A stretch of DNA of 64,000 nt from Chitinivibrionales bacterium (GCA_038247415.1 JBBRUX010000016.1:9051-73050); one strand, 5' to 3'. Counted from the first letter of the stretch, positions 30,346-40,990 are shown. The notes: generated by a model from the letters alone, not told the origin. Numbers and translations are program-made.

Positions 30346-31423
30346 AGTGTTGCCCCGGTAGTTGACGAAGTGCATTCCTGAGTTCGAGATTGAGAAGAAG
30401 CCCCAAAAGATTCGATACGCTATGGCCGCTCAATTCGGTAAGTGCAGCAATATGCACCGGTTGAGAACTGAGGTGTTTCATGATGGTCATTTCGCTTTCG
30501 GAAAAAAACTGAGTTGGCCTGAGCGGCAGTGATTCTTCTCGCAAACGTAACACGTGAGTTTCGGGCCGAAGCATTTGCACAATATCGGCGCCGCATGTAA
30601 CGGGAACGGCACCCTGACGAATAAGGTTGTGAGGTCCGGCACTCAGGGGCGAGAATATTGATCCGGGTACTGCAAAAACATCCCGCGATTGAGCAAGAGC
30701 AAAGGAACTGGTGATAAGAGCCCCGCTGCGTTCGCCCGCTTCGATAACGCATGTTCCCTTAGATAAACCGCTAATGATCCGATTACGGCGCGGAAAATTG
30801 AAGCTTTCGGGTCGTGTCCCAAAGGGAAATTCGGAAACAAGAACGCCAAACTCTGGAATTTTTGCCATGAGGGCTCTGTTGTGTGCTGGATATACTATGT
30901 CAATTCCGCACCCGAGTACCGCAATCGTTTTTCCGTTCTTGGCGATACACGTTTCGTGAACAATCGTATCGATACCGCTTGCAAGACCGCTGGCTAGGGC
31001 AATGTGTTCGGCACATAATTCTTCTGATAGTTTCGCAGCAACGCTTTTGCCGTAGGTTGTTGGATGTCGCGTGCCGACCATCGCCATGGTTTCGATAGTA
31101 AAAGTCTCTAAATCTCCCAATGCGTAAATGACTGGCGGCGGCGCAAAAATTTCTTTGAGCATACGGGGATAGCGCGCGTCGTCGAGGGTGAGAATGTGGG
31201 CTCCCATGGTCGTGGCCGTGTCGATTTGCCGGGTCGCTTCATCAAAAAGAGCTGAATCCGATAATCTGGAGGCAATATCTTGGTTTATTCCAGAAATGCT
31301 ACAGAGATCGCGGGGGGATGCGTCGAAAACAGCTTTGGGATTTTTAAACTCGCCAATAAGCGCGTTTATGCGCGTTGGGCCTAATCCTTTGATTCCGTTA
31401 AGTGCAATCCAATATGCAAGCAT
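30332..31423 (-). CDS. dprA: DNA-processing protein DprA
   Basis: VGTRHPT.YG, SGLASGID, FPRRNRIISGLS, EAGERSGALIT, AVPG. Confidence 0.95.
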   Translation of the reverse strand: MLAYWIALNGIKGLGPTRINALIGEFKNPKAVFDASPRDLCSISGINQDIASRLSDSALFDEATRQIDTATTMGAHILTLDDARYPRMLKEIFAPPPVIYALGDLETFTIETMAMVGTRHPTTYGKSVAAKLSEELCAEHIALASGLASGIDTIVHETCIAKNGKTIAVLGCGIDIVYPAHNRALMAKIPEFGVLVSEFPFGTRPESFNFPRRNRIISGLSKGTCVIEAGERSGALITSSFALAQSRDVFAVPGSIFSPLSAGPHNLIRQGAVPVTCGADIVQMLRPETHVLRLREESLPLRPTQFFSESEMTIMKHLSSQPVHIAALTELSGHSVSNLLGLLLNLELRNALRQLPGQHYVAI

Positions 31424-31609
31424 GTTCAAAATCCAGCGATTAAGGTATACTGTGTTGTATCGGGAATATACTGCTTTTTGGCAGAGCCCTGTCAAAAAGC
31501 ATCGATTAGAAAATACATATGGGCAATTGCGTATTAATTTGCAAACTGTATTCCGCACAATAGATTTTTTGATTCAACAACAATCGCACGCATTGCATGG
31601 AGGAATTAT

Positions 31610-32470
31610 ATGAAATGTTATGAAGTTACCCAGTGTTCCGAAAAAGAGCGTTCAACGTGTTACGTATGGAATAGCTTTAGAGAAAATCCCGATGATCTAG
31701 AAAATATCAAGTGCTGGGTTTTGAAAAATGTGTATCAACCAGAAAATCGAAACCTGCTTAAGAAATGTCTTTCATGTAAATATTATCTCATTACTAATAA
31801 GCAAACTGGGGTTGTATCCGATTATTCTGCCACAATTGCTACCATTGCCCTGGACGGTGTGCTCAATAACGATAAGAGTCGCGCTTTAACCACGGTTTTT
31901 GAAACACTCAAGAAAAATAATAAATATCGTATTATTCTCGATTTATCTAAAGTCAATAATGTGTATTCCTGCGGTTTGGGTGTCATTATAACTATTCATA
32001 AAGAGGCAAAAGAGCACGGGGGTACTTTGGTTGTGTGTGGCCCCAGTGGCTATACCGCCCAAATTTTAGAGTCTACAAAACTAGTTCGCTTGCTTAAAAT
32101 TGTGCCCGATCAAAGGGCCGCAAAAGATTACCTCGATGAACGTATTGCTGCCGAAAAGGCTGCAGCAGAAACCATCGCACGGGAACTTGAAGCAAAGTCT
32201 GCACAAGAAGCGTCCCATCGCGCAGAGCAAGATCGGCTGGCAGCTATTCCTGCCAAGAAAATTGTCCCCGAAAAACGTCCACAGTGTTTTGAATATTGGA
32301 ATAACCGTAATCCTAATAATGCGACAGCATGCGATGAGTGTTTCAAGAAAGTAAATCCGTCCAATCAGCCGTGTTGGATTGTTGAGGGAGAAATAGAGGG
32401 TATTTCATTTCAATATGTAAACGAAGACTGCGAGGATTGCGAGTACTATCAGAAGTTTTCGGAGGGGTAA
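31610..32470 (+). CDS. STAS (anti-anti-sigma-like) domain protein flanked by two Cys/Trp-rich domains
   Basis: IILDLSKVNNVYSCGLG STAS core; terminal C..C..C..CW..CxxCxYY domains. Confidence 0.75.
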   Translation: MKCYEVTQCSEKERSTCYVWNSFRENPDDLENIKCWVLKNVYQPENRNLLKKCLSCKYYLITNKQTGVVSDYSATIATIALDGVLNNDKSRALTTVFETLKKNNKYRIILDLSKVNNVYSCGLGVIITIHKEAKEHGGTLVVCGPSGYTAQILESTKLVRLLKIVPDQRAAKDYLDERIAAEKAAAETIARELEAKSAQEASHRAEQDRLAAIPAKKIVPEKRPQCFEYWNNRNPNNATACDECFKKVNPSNQPCWIVEGEIEGISFQYVNEDCEDCEYYQKFSEG

Positions 32471-32484
32471 TAGAGCACGTTTTT

Positions 32485-32526
32485 AAGCGCGTGTTCATGA
32501 GTATGCCATGAACACACGCTTTTTTT
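32485..32526 (+). terminator. Intrinsic terminator between convergent genes
   Basis: AGCGcGTGTTCATG-N7-CATGAACACaCGCT followed by a T-run. Confidence 0.75.
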
Positions 32527-33808
32527 AAATGTGTTCTTTAAGCCACTTTAGCAAATCTTCCTTTTTGATCTCAACCGATTCTCCACTTGTCATATCTTTT
32601 ATGCTTACGCACCCACGGGTTTCTTCGTCGCCACCGGTAACAACAACATACAGCGCACGGGCTGCATTGGCAAGTTTAAACTGTTTACCTAACGCAAGGG
32701 GCTTAAGCGAGAACTCTGCTGAGATATCATTGTTGCGCAATTGTTGCACCAAGGAAATTGCGCCCTCTGGATAGTGGTCCTCAAGGCATGCTATATATAC
32801 AAGGCTTCGAGGCGGTTGAGGCTTGAGCACTCCTTTTTCTCGCAGCAGGTCGGCAAGAACTACATCCCCGGCTGCAAATCCAACAGCAGGCGTATCGGGG
32901 CCACCGTATTGCTTGACAAGATTGTCGTAGCGCCCTCCGCCAGCAATTGCTCGCATGGCGCGTTTCTTGTCGAAAATTTCAAAAACAATACCGGTATAGT
33001 AGGCAAGTCCACGGATAACACCAATGTCAAAGACTGCGTACTCTTGTACACCATAAGTTTTAAGCAGTACAAACAGCCGGTTCAAATCGGTTACCGATTT
33101 AAGATCTGGCCCCATTGTGCTCAATTCGTCAAGTGAAGTTGCAGCCAGAATTTTAGCAATTGCATCGCATAAAACGGGATCTCCAATAACGCTTGCGAGC
33201 TCTGCACTAAATACCTCGGCCGGGAGCTTGTGTTTTTTGTCGAGGACTCCGTATATGTCCATAAGCTTTTCGGCTGGAGCACCGTGCGCTAAAAAGAGTT
33301 CTTCGAGAAGTTTACGAGAAGAAATATGAACGGTGAAATCTGATTCGTCACACCCTAAATCGCGCATCATATCGATAGCTGCAGCAATGAGCTCTGCATC
33401 GGCGCTGACATCTTCGATACCAAGAATATCCATGTTGAGTTGGAAAAATTCGCGCAAGCGGCCTTTTTGCATTTTTTCGTAGCGAAAAAGACGGGGAATA
33501 GAGAACCATCGCACCGGCTTTGGAAGATTTGCACCCTGCGTTGCCACCATGCGTGCCAGCGATGGCGTCATTTCTGGGCGTAATGCGATCATCCGTTCAC
33601 CTTTATCCATAAAGGAATAGAGCTGTTTCTCTATTTCAGGGCCGCTTTTTTGGGTAAAAAGGGAGAGGTGCTCAAACTGCGGAGCGTCGAATTCTTCGAA
33701 CCCGTATTTAATGCACGATTTTTTCCAGGAGGCAAAAATCTGTTCACGCTCTGCCATCTGCACTGGGTAAAAATCACGCGTTCCTTTTGGTGGCTGAGGA
33801 ATTTCCAT
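32525..33808 (-). CDS. hisS: Histidyl-tRNA synthetase
   Basis: PKGTRDF, LRPEMT, FRYEKMQKGRLREFFQ, RGLAYYTG, GGGRYD. Confidence 0.97.
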   Translation of the reverse strand: MEIPQPPKGTRDFYPVQMAEREQIFASWKKSCIKYGFEEFDAPQFEHLSLFTQKSGPEIEKQLYSFMDKGERMIALRPEMTPSLARMVATQGANLPKPVRWFSIPRLFRYEKMQKGRLREFFQLNMDILGIEDVSADAELIAAAIDMMRDLGCDESDFTVHISSRKLLEELFLAHGAPAEKLMDIYGVLDKKHKLPAEVFSAELASVIGDPVLCDAIAKILAATSLDELSTMGPDLKSVTDLNRLFVLLKTYGVQEYAVFDIGVIRGLAYYTGIVFEIFDKKRAMRAIAGGGRYDNLVKQYGGPDTPAVGFAAGDVVLADLLREKGVLKPQPPRSLVYIACLEDHYPEGAISLVQQLRNNDISAEFSLKPLALGKQFKLANAARALYVVVTGGDEETRGCVSIKDMTSGESVEIKKEDLLKWLKEHI

Positions 33809-33989
33809 GATTGCTCCTAATTTTTCTGTATTTCATGTATTTTAAAAAATAGTCGAGACTAACTTCGATTGTTAAAATAATTAGTTTGTAAGCTTTGTGA
33901 TGCAGATGCTTTGCTAGGCATCTGAAACGTAGCCTCCACAGGTAGGCATACGTGCCCTCTGCATAAAATTATAAGTAAAGGAAGTTGTC

Positions 33990-34445
33990 ATGGGTTTCGA
34001 TCTTTCTCCCATAGTTATTGGCAGTGATCACGCAGGGTATAATCTCAAAATGTTTGTCAAGCATGAGCTTGAGAAGCTTTCTATTCCTTGTCAAGATGAG
34101 GGGACTAGTAGCGCAACCGAATCGGTAGATTATCCCGTGTTTAGTGCCAAAGTTGCCAAACTCGTTTCCACCGGCGTATTCACGCGCGGAATTACGGTGT
34201 GTGGATCGGGTATTGGGGCATCTATTGCTGCAAACCGTTTTTCGGGTGTACGTGCCGCCTTGTGTGTAACGCCCGAAATGGCGCGGCTCTCGCGGTTGCA
34301 TAATAATGCCAATGTTCTTGCTATGGGGGAACGCATTACAACGCTTGAGGTAGCCAAAGAAATTCTTGTGACCTGGCTTGAAACTGCATTTGAGGCTGGT
34401 CGACATATCAGACGTGTTGAACAGCTTGATACCGTAGCACTTTAA
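33990..34445 (+). CDS. rpiB: Ribose-5-phosphate isomerase B
   Basis: GSDHAG, DYP, CGSGIG, HNNANVL, GRH.RRV. Confidence 0.95.
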   Translation: MGFDLSPIVIGSDHAGYNLKMFVKHELEKLSIPCQDEGTSSATESVDYPVFSAKVAKLVSTGVFTRGITVCGSGIGASIAANRFSGVRAALCVTPEMARLSRLHNNANVLAMGERITTLEVAKEILVTWLETAFEAGRHIRRVEQLDTVAL

Positions 34446-34460
34446 CATAAAGGACTTTAC

Positions 34461-34919
34461 ATGGCGCTAGCACACAAGCCTCGGGCATCGTGGGACGAAT
34501 ATTTTATGCGCATTGCCGTGGAGGCAGCTACCCGTGCAACGTGCGACAGAAAGCATGTTGGTGCGGTAATCGTACGCGACAAGACAATTCTCTCGACCGG
34601 GTATAATGGCTCGGTACGCGGTATGCCGCATTGCGACGATGTAGGACATATGATGGAAGAGGGACATTGTGTTGCTACGGTGCACGCCGAAGCGAATGCT
34701 ATTCTCCAGGCTGCAAAGCATGGAATCATGATTAACGGTGCAGATATTTATGTGACCGCCTCGCCATGCTGGAATTGCTTCAAGCTTATTGCTAATTCTG
34801 GAATCAAGCGGATCTTCTTTCTCGAATTTTACCGTGACGAGCGAATTTATGAAGTTGCACAAGCAGCTGGCATAGAACTCCTCCAGATTACCACATCGTT
34901 TGAAGTGAAGCCAGACTGA
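34461..34919 (+). CDS. dCMP deaminase (ComEB-like)
   Basis: WDEYFM, TGYNG, HAEANA, PCWNC. Confidence 0.9.
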   Translation: MALAHKPRASWDEYFMRIAVEAATRATCDRKHVGAVIVRDKTILSTGYNGSVRGMPHCDDVGHMMEEGHCVATVHAEANAILQAAKHGIMINGADIYVTASPCWNCFKLIANSGIKRIFFLEFYRDERIYEVAQAAGIELLQITTSFEVKPD

Positions 34920-36121
34920 TGGAACCTATCGCTCCTTCTTTACCCCCTGCGCAAGCAAATGCTGCGAGCCCATGGCGCTGTGCTTGTGTTATTCCAACCT
35001 ACAATAACGCCGCAACACTGCCCCAGGTTATACTTAATGTCAAGAGTTATTGCGAAGCTATTATTGTGGTTGACGACGGGTCTACCGATACCACCAAGCA
35101 AGTTCTTGAGGGAATTTCTGGTGTTATTAAGCTCGGTTATGGAATTAATAAAGGTAAAGGTCATGCTTTACGAATTGGAATGCATCACGCCCTTCATGCC
35201 GGATTTACGCATGCAATCACGATCGATGCCGATGGACAACACCGATCCTTGGATATTCCGGTTTTACTTAAGGAATCAGAGCAATTTCCACGTTCGGTCG
35301 TTATGGGAAGTCGCTCTCTGGATGCCCCCGGATCGAGCACTCCACCGCTGCGTTCCCGTGTAGGCAGATCGTTTGGAGCCTTCTGGTTTACCTTCATCAC
35401 CGGGCAACACTTGTTTGACACGCAGAGCGGATTTCGGGTGTATCCCCTTGCAGCAGTTGTTGACAATGGGTGCGTTACCGATCGCTACGAATACGAACAG
35501 GAAATTCTTATTGCAGTGTGCTGGCAGGGTTTTGGTATCAGATCTGTGGCCGTGCAACGACATTATTTTGTACAAGAAACACGCACGTCCCATTTTCGCC
35601 CATGGATGGATTTTTTTCGTATTTTTGCGGTTAATTCCCGGGCTGCATTTCAGCGATGCCTTCTGCCAAAGCAGCTTTGGACTATGCGTAAAGAACCTTT
35701 CGGGGCCGTAGTCCGCAGAGCTCTTGTTCACGAGCTGAAAGCAAATGCTTCTCCTCGTAAAGCATCAATTTCGCTCTCGCTTGGTACATTTTTTGGTATT
35801 TTGCCGATCTATGGTTTTCAGGTCCTTTCTCTTGTGGGGCTTTCGTTTGTACTGCCGCTCAATAGACCACTTGCGTTTTTGGGAGTCTCGATTTCGTCTG
35901 CACCCCTTTTACCAATCTGGATTGGACTTGGTGTCATGATTGGCCTTCCCTTTACAAAATTGGTTGAGCCCTATCTGCCTGCAACCACTGCATTTCATTA
36001 CGGAGCTGCATGGTTTATTGGCAGCACACTACTTGCATGTGGCATTGGTCTTGTTACCGCAGGTATTAGCTATCCGCTCTTTGCCATGTGGCAAAAAAAG
36101 AAAAAATATCTTTCTGTATAG
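34919..36121 (+). CDS. GT2 glycosyltransferase fused to a DUF2062-like membrane domain
   Basis: IPTYNN, VDDGSTD, GKG, DADGQH, DTQSGFR; hydrophobic C-terminus. Confidence 0.85.
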   Translation: MEPIAPSLPPAQANAASPWRCACVIPTYNNAATLPQVILNVKSYCEAIIVVDDGSTDTTKQVLEGISGVIKLGYGINKGKGHALRIGMHHALHAGFTHAITIDADGQHRSLDIPVLLKESEQFPRSVVMGSRSLDAPGSSTPPLRSRVGRSFGAFWFTFITGQHLFDTQSGFRVYPLAAVVDNGCVTDRYEYEQEILIAVCWQGFGIRSVAVQRHYFVQETRTSHFRPWMDFFRIFAVNSRAAFQRCLLPKQLWTMRKEPFGAVVRRALVHELKANASPRKASISLSLGTFFGILPIYGFQVLSLVGLSFVLPLNRPLAFLGVSISSAPLLPIWIGLGVMIGLPFTKLVEPYLPATTAFHYGAAWFIGSTLLACGIGLVTAGISYPLFAMWQKKKKYLSV

Positions 36122-36196
36122 TATGCAAAAAGGTAAGCAAATATCCGAAAACTGCGCTCGGCACTCTACATACATTTTGTTGTGAGGTTATAGCTA

Positions 36197-37405
36197 TTGT
36201 CTATAAAACGTGATACTTTTCTGCTCTTTTCAACCCGCATCTTTCGGCTTTTTTGCTACGGCTTTCTTTCTTTGGGGCTTATGCTATACCTTGTCAAAAT
36301 AGGACTCTCCGCGCTCCAGATAGGCATCTTGCTCTCGTGTATTCTTTTAGGGGATGCAGCCATAACCCTTGCAATTACCACGTGGGCCGATCGAATTGGT
36401 CGCAAGCGAATGCTTATGGTGGGAGCTGTGCTTATGATTGCCGGGGGAGTGCTTTTTATAGTGACGCACAATTTTCTGCTGCTTATTCTTGCAGGAATCG
36501 TTGGGGTTATAAGCCCCAGCGGCAATGAAATTGGGCCATTTCTCTCTATCGAGCAAGCCGGATTAAGCGAACTCCATAAAGAGCGCGATCGCACCAGGAT
36601 ATTTGCTTGGTATAATCTGGCCGGATCGTTTGCATCGGCGCTTGGGGCACTGTTTGGAGGGTGGACTTTATCGCTTGTCCAGCTTTCGGGTCATCCGGTG
36701 CTTTTTTCTTACCAGGTTCTTCTGGTGGGCTATGCTGCTGGCGGTGCGCTCTTATTGCTTTTATTTGTGTTTCTTTCTGGTGCAATAGAAACTCCTCGCC
36801 GATTGCCAACGCACGGAATATTTGGATTGCACGCCTCGGGAGGGATTATAGCAAAATTATCTGCCCTCTTTGCGCTTGATGCTTTTGCCGGCGGAATGGT
36901 TATACAAAGCATTTTCGCCTTTTGGTTTTTTTCGAAATTTGGCTTAAGCGAAGGAATTGTTGGTACCATATTTTTTGGAGCAAATGTATTAGCAGGTGTT
37001 TCGGCACTTGTTGCAGTTCCCCTCAGCAAGCGAATTGGCCTGATTAACACGATGGTTTTTACCCATATTCCCTCAAATATTTTTCTTATTTTGGTGCCAC
37101 TCATGCCTAATTGTGGTCTTGCCATTGCCATGCTGCTTGCCCGTTTTAGCATTTCTCAGATGGATGTGCCCACACGGCAATCATTTACAATGGCCGTTGT
37201 TGAGCCCGATGAACGATCTGCCGCTTCGGGAATTACAGCTATTGCGCGTTCCCTTGGCGCGGCGCTTTCGCCGTCGATTGCTGGATTTTTTCTCTCGGTC
37301 GGTGCCTTAATGTCCCTGCCCTTTATTGCTGCTGGTTCACTTAAAATCCTCTACGACCTGATTTTATACCGAGAATTCACAAAAGTGGTTCCTAAGGACC
37401 AGTAA
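36197..37405 (+). CDS. MFS transporter
   Basis: About 12 TMs; ADRIGRK, SPSGNEIGPF, SQMDVPTRQ. Confidence 0.9.
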   Translation: MSIKRDTFLLFSTRIFRLFCYGFLSLGLMLYLVKIGLSALQIGILLSCILLGDAAITLAITTWADRIGRKRMLMVGAVLMIAGGVLFIVTHNFLLLILAGIVGVISPSGNEIGPFLSIEQAGLSELHKERDRTRIFAWYNLAGSFASALGALFGGWTLSLVQLSGHPVLFSYQVLLVGYAAGGALLLLLFVFLSGAIETPRRLPTHGIFGLHASGGIIAKLSALFALDAFAGGMVIQSIFAFWFFSKFGLSEGIVGTIFFGANVLAGVSALVAVPLSKRIGLINTMVFTHIPSNIFLILVPLMPNCGLAIAMLLARFSISQMDVPTRQSFTMAVVEPDERSAASGITAIARSLGAALSPSIAGFFLSVGALMSLPFIAAGSLKILYDLILYREFTKVVPKDQ

Positions 37406-37552
37406 CGAATCACTTCTTATTTCTTCTGTTGAGCATAATACTATTTATCTGGATGCATTTCTTGTCTTAGAGACCTGCGAAAATGTATCTTTAAAAGATT
37501 TAATTAGTAGATTTTGGGCGGTTTTGCCCGTTTTTTTATACGGTGAAAGCAT

Positions 37553-38887
37553 ATGTTCGACGAATTAACCGGAAGATTTGAATCGATTTTTAAAAAGCTG
37601 CGCGGCCAGGGCAAGCTCTCAGAAGCCAATATTGCCGAGGCTATGCGAGAGGTTAAGCGCGCACTTCTAGAAGCAGATGTCAATTTTCGGGTCGTTAAAA
37701 AATTTATTGCCGATGTCGAAGCCAAAGCTCTTGGTTCCGAGGTGCTCACAAGCATCACTCCGGGCCAACAGATCATCAAGATCGTCTACGATGAACTTAC
37801 TGCCCTCATGGGAACCCAGGCACGAGTCTTACGGTTTCATACAAATCGTCAAAATGTTATTCTCATGGCCGGATTGCAGGGAAGTGGTAAAACAACCGCT
37901 TCTGCTAAACTTGCATTGTATTTCAGAAAACAAGGACACCGGCCTTTACTGGTAGCGTGCGATACCTATCGTCCTGCTGCTATCGATCAGCTCGAATCGC
38001 TTGGTCGGGCGCTTTCTATACCTGTTTACGCAGATCGGGCGGCAAAACCCCTCGAAATTTGTAAAGCAGCGCTAGCTTTTGCGCGTCGCGAAGATCACAC
38101 CTTGGTTATTCTCGATACGGCAGGTCGTTTAAGCATCGACGAAGATATGATGCACGAGCTGCGGGGGATTTCTGCAGAATCAAAGCCCGACGAAATCTTT
38201 TTTGTAGCCGATGCTATGACCGGTCAGGATGCTGTTAACGTTGCAGCCGAGTTTCATAAACAAATCAATTTTACTGGTGTTGTGCTCTCAAAAATGGATG
38301 GCGACTCCCGTGGTGGTGCTGCTCTTTCCATTTTATCGGTGTGTGGCGTGCCGGTTCAATTTATTGGCACCTCCGAAAAGCCCGATGGCCTCGATGTATT
38401 CTATCCCGATCGTATGGCATCGCGCATTCTTGGGATGGGCGATATCGTTTCGCTGGTTGAACGGGCGCAAGAAACTGTCGACATTGAAAATACTCGTAAG
38501 CTCGAAAGAAAAATTCGCAAAAATGTCCTTTCGCTTCAGGATTTTCTCGAGCAGCTTCGGCAAATCAAAAAGATGGGATCTATTGGAGATCTTATTTCGA
38601 TGTTGCCGGGGGCAGGCGCACAACTTAAGAATACCGAAGTGGATCCAAAATCGCTTACTCGTATCGAGGCTATCATTTGTTCCATGACAGCAACAGAGCG
38701 GGAAAAGCCCCTCATTATAGATGGTCGCCGAAAAATTAGAATTGCTAAAGGAAGTGGTACTTCTGTACAAGAAGTAAACAAGCTTCTCAAACAATTCGAC
38801 ACCATGAAAACCATGATGAAGCGCATGAATAAAATGTCGGGACGTCGCGGGCAGGATGCAGCGATGAAATCCCTTTTTGGAATGTAA
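37553..38887 (+). CDS. ffh: Signal recognition particle protein
   Basis: ALLEADV, GLQGSGKTT, DTAGR, SKMDGD, RIAKGSG. Confidence 0.98.
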   Translation: MFDELTGRFESIFKKLRGQGKLSEANIAEAMREVKRALLEADVNFRVVKKFIADVEAKALGSEVLTSITPGQQIIKIVYDELTALMGTQARVLRFHTNRQNVILMAGLQGSGKTTASAKLALYFRKQGHRPLLVACDTYRPAAIDQLESLGRALSIPVYADRAAKPLEICKAALAFARREDHTLVILDTAGRLSIDEDMMHELRGISAESKPDEIFFVADAMTGQDAVNVAAEFHKQINFTGVVLSKMDGDSRGGAALSILSVCGVPVQFIGTSEKPDGLDVFYPDRMASRILGMGDIVSLVERAQETVDIENTRKLERKIRKNVLSLQDFLEQLRQIKKMGSIGDLISMLPGAGAQLKNTEVDPKSLTRIEAIICSMTATEREKPLIIDGRRKIRIAKGSGTSVQEVNKLLKQFDTMKTMMKRMNKMSGRRGQDAAMKSLFGM

Positions 38888-38931
38888 AGCAGTTATTGTT
38901 CATATATCAACCTTATCGATTGGAGACTCCC

Positions 38932-39273
38932 TTGGCTGTTACTATTCGATTGGCCAGAACCGGCCGCAAGAATCTGGCTCGGTATCGTGTTGTTGCTGCA
39001 GATAGCCGTATGCCTCGTGATGGCCGTTTTCTCGAAACACTTGGTGTTTACAACCCAGAAGCCAATCCAAAAGAAATTACGCTCAAAATCGAACGTATTG
39101 CTCATTGGATCAAGCTTGGTGCAAAGCCATCAGATACCATTCGTAGCTTCTTGTCTCAACAGCGGTTTGCAGATAAAATTGCTGCCATCGAAAAAGGCAT
39201 CGATCCTGCAACTATTAGCCCAAAGCCCGAACCAAAGGTAAAGCCTAAGGCAAAGAAAAAGAAGGGCGAATAA
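38932..39273 (+). CDS. rpsP: 30S ribosomal protein S16
   Basis: TTG start after GGAG; AVTIRLAR.G, YRVVAADSR.PRDG. Confidence 0.95.
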   Translation: MAVTIRLARTGRKNLARYRVVAADSRMPRDGRFLETLGVYNPEANPKEITLKIERIAHWIKLGAKPSDTIRSFLSQQRFADKIAAIEKGIDPATISPKPEPKVKPKAKKKKGE

Positions 39274-39279
39274 TATCGC

Positions 39280-39813
39280 GTGGTCGATGAAGTTTTTTTA
39301 ACGCACATCGCTATCGGTCGAATACGGCGCCCCTTTGCTTTAGAGGGCGTTTGTGTGGCCTCCTCGTTTGGAGAGACACTCACTTCGGTTAAGCTTCCTT
39401 ATACGGTGCTTATCTGTCGGGAAGATGGTACCGGTAAAGCAGAAAAAACAATTATTCGTCGGCGAGCTGATACTAAAGGGGTGTATTGCACCTTTGATGG
39501 TGTAACCTCTATAGATGATGCCGAATTGCTTCGCGATTTCCTTATCATGGTTGAGGCTACTAAGCTTAAGCCAAAGCGTAAGGGAGAGTATTATCATTTC
39601 GATTTGATGGGGCTGTCGGTTGTGACCGATGCAGGGGCACCTCTTGGGACTGTAGTTGAGGTGCATAATTATCCAACAATGGATGCTCTGGATATAGCGC
39701 GGCCCGATAATCAGATCCTTGTTATTCCTCTCTCTGCGGAGTGTCTTGTTTCGGTGGATACAGATTCTAAAACAATTGTGCTTAAAGCTTCATTTGTTGA
39801 AGATCTGCTGTAG
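39280..39813 (+). CDS. rimM: 16S rRNA processing protein RimM
   Basis: IGRIRRPF, EYYHFDLMG; conserved rpsP-rimM-trmD-rplS order. Confidence 0.9.
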   Translation: MVDEVFLTHIAIGRIRRPFALEGVCVASSFGETLTSVKLPYTVLICREDGTGKAEKTIIRRRADTKGVYCTFDGVTSIDDAELLRDFLIMVEATKLKPKRKGEYYHFDLMGLSVVTDAGAPLGTVVEVHNYPTMDALDIARPDNQILVIPLSAECLVSVDTDSKTIVLKASFVEDLL

Positions 39814-39822
39814 GAAAGCATT

Positions 39823-40524
39823 ATGTTCTTTGACGTTTTGACCCTGTTTCCTTCGGTGTTTACTGCTGTTACCGAAGTTTCTATAGTAAAGCGTGCTATA
39901 GAAAAGGAAATTGTTTCGGTACATGTTGATGATATCCGATCGTATACAACCGACCGGCATCGTACCGTTGATGATTATCCCTATGGCGGCGATGCGGGAA
40001 TGCTTCTCATGCCTATTCCTCTTGGTAAGGCGCTTGAAGCGGCATTGGAGCGTAATAGCACTCGGTCGAACACGGTGGTGTATATGTCGGCGCAGGGCGA
40101 ACAATTATCGCATAAACGCATCGTGGAGTTTACTTCGCAAGAGTCGATAATCATCGTATGCGGGCATTACAAAGGAATCGATCAGCGCATCATAGATAAA
40201 TATGTAGATGTTGAAGTTTCGGTTGGCGATTATGTAGTGTCGGGCGGGGAAGTACCCGCAATGATTCTGATAGATGCGATAACGCGTCTGTTGCCTGGCG
40301 TTTTGGGCAACTACGATTCGGCGCAAGGTGATTCTTTTTTCAATGGGATATTAGGGCCACCGCATTATACCAGACCAGAAGTTTACGAAGGGGTGTCGGT
40401 ACCCAAGGTGCTTTTAAGCGGGCATCACGAAGAAATTCGCAAGTTTCAGTATGCAGAGGCTCTGGAACTGACAAAAAAGAGAAGGCCCGATTTGTTTGAA
40501 GCGCATGTGCGTGGGCAGCATTAA
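39823..40524 (+). CDS. trmD: tRNA (guanine37-N1)-methyltransferase
   Basis: VDDYPYGG, CGHYKGID.R, SVGDYVVSGGE, VLLSGHH. Confidence 0.97.
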   Translation: MFFDVLTLFPSVFTAVTEVSIVKRAIEKEIVSVHVDDIRSYTTDRHRTVDDYPYGGDAGMLLMPIPLGKALEAALERNSTRSNTVVYMSAQGEQLSHKRIVEFTSQESIIIVCGHYKGIDQRIIDKYVDVEVSVGDYVVSGGEVPAMILIDAITRLLPGVLGNYDSAQGDSFFNGILGPPHYTRPEVYEGVSVPKVLLSGHHEEIRKFQYAEALELTKKRRPDLFEAHVRGQH

Positions 40525-40572
40525 AAAGGAAATTATTAGTTGTTTTGATAGTTTTTTTTAAAGGAGGATTGT

Positions 40573-40917
40573 GTGGTTGATCTTGTCAAGAAAATCGAAA
40601 AATCAGGTATGCAGGAAACCCGTCCCGAAATCAATCCGGGCGATACGGTAAGTGTTTCGTTGCGTATTCTCGAAGGCGATAAAGAACGTGTCCAGACCTT
40701 TACCGGTATCATAATTCAAAAGCGTGGAGCTGGGCTTTCTAAAACGTTCACCGTGCGTAAGGCATCTGGTGGTATTTATGTTGAGCGTATTTTCCCCCTT
40801 CATTCGCCTCTTATTTCCGATATTACTATAACTCGCCGTGGGGCAGTACGTCGTGCTAAGCTTTTTTATCTACGCGAACGTATTGGTAAGGCTGTTCGTA
40901 TCAAGGAAAAAAAGTAA
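40573..40917 (+). CDS. rplS: 50S ribosomal protein L19
   Basis: GDTV.V, KERVQ.F.G, VERIFP, VRRAKLFYLR. Confidence 0.97.
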   Translation: MVDLVKKIEKSGMQETRPEINPGDTVSVSLRILEGDKERVQTFTGIIIQKRGAGLSKTFTVRKASGGIYVERIFPLHSPLISDITITRRGAVRRAKLFYLRERIGKAVRIKEKK

Positions 40918-40954
40918 GACATTATTTGCCGAATACGGTTCTTATTGTATGATT

Positions 40955-40990
40955 AAAGAGAAGGTACTTGTATTTACCTTCTCTTTTTTT
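40955..40990 (+). terminator. Intrinsic terminator after rplS
   Basis: AAAGAGAAGGTA-loop-TACCTTCTCTTT running into a T-run. Confidence 0.8.
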
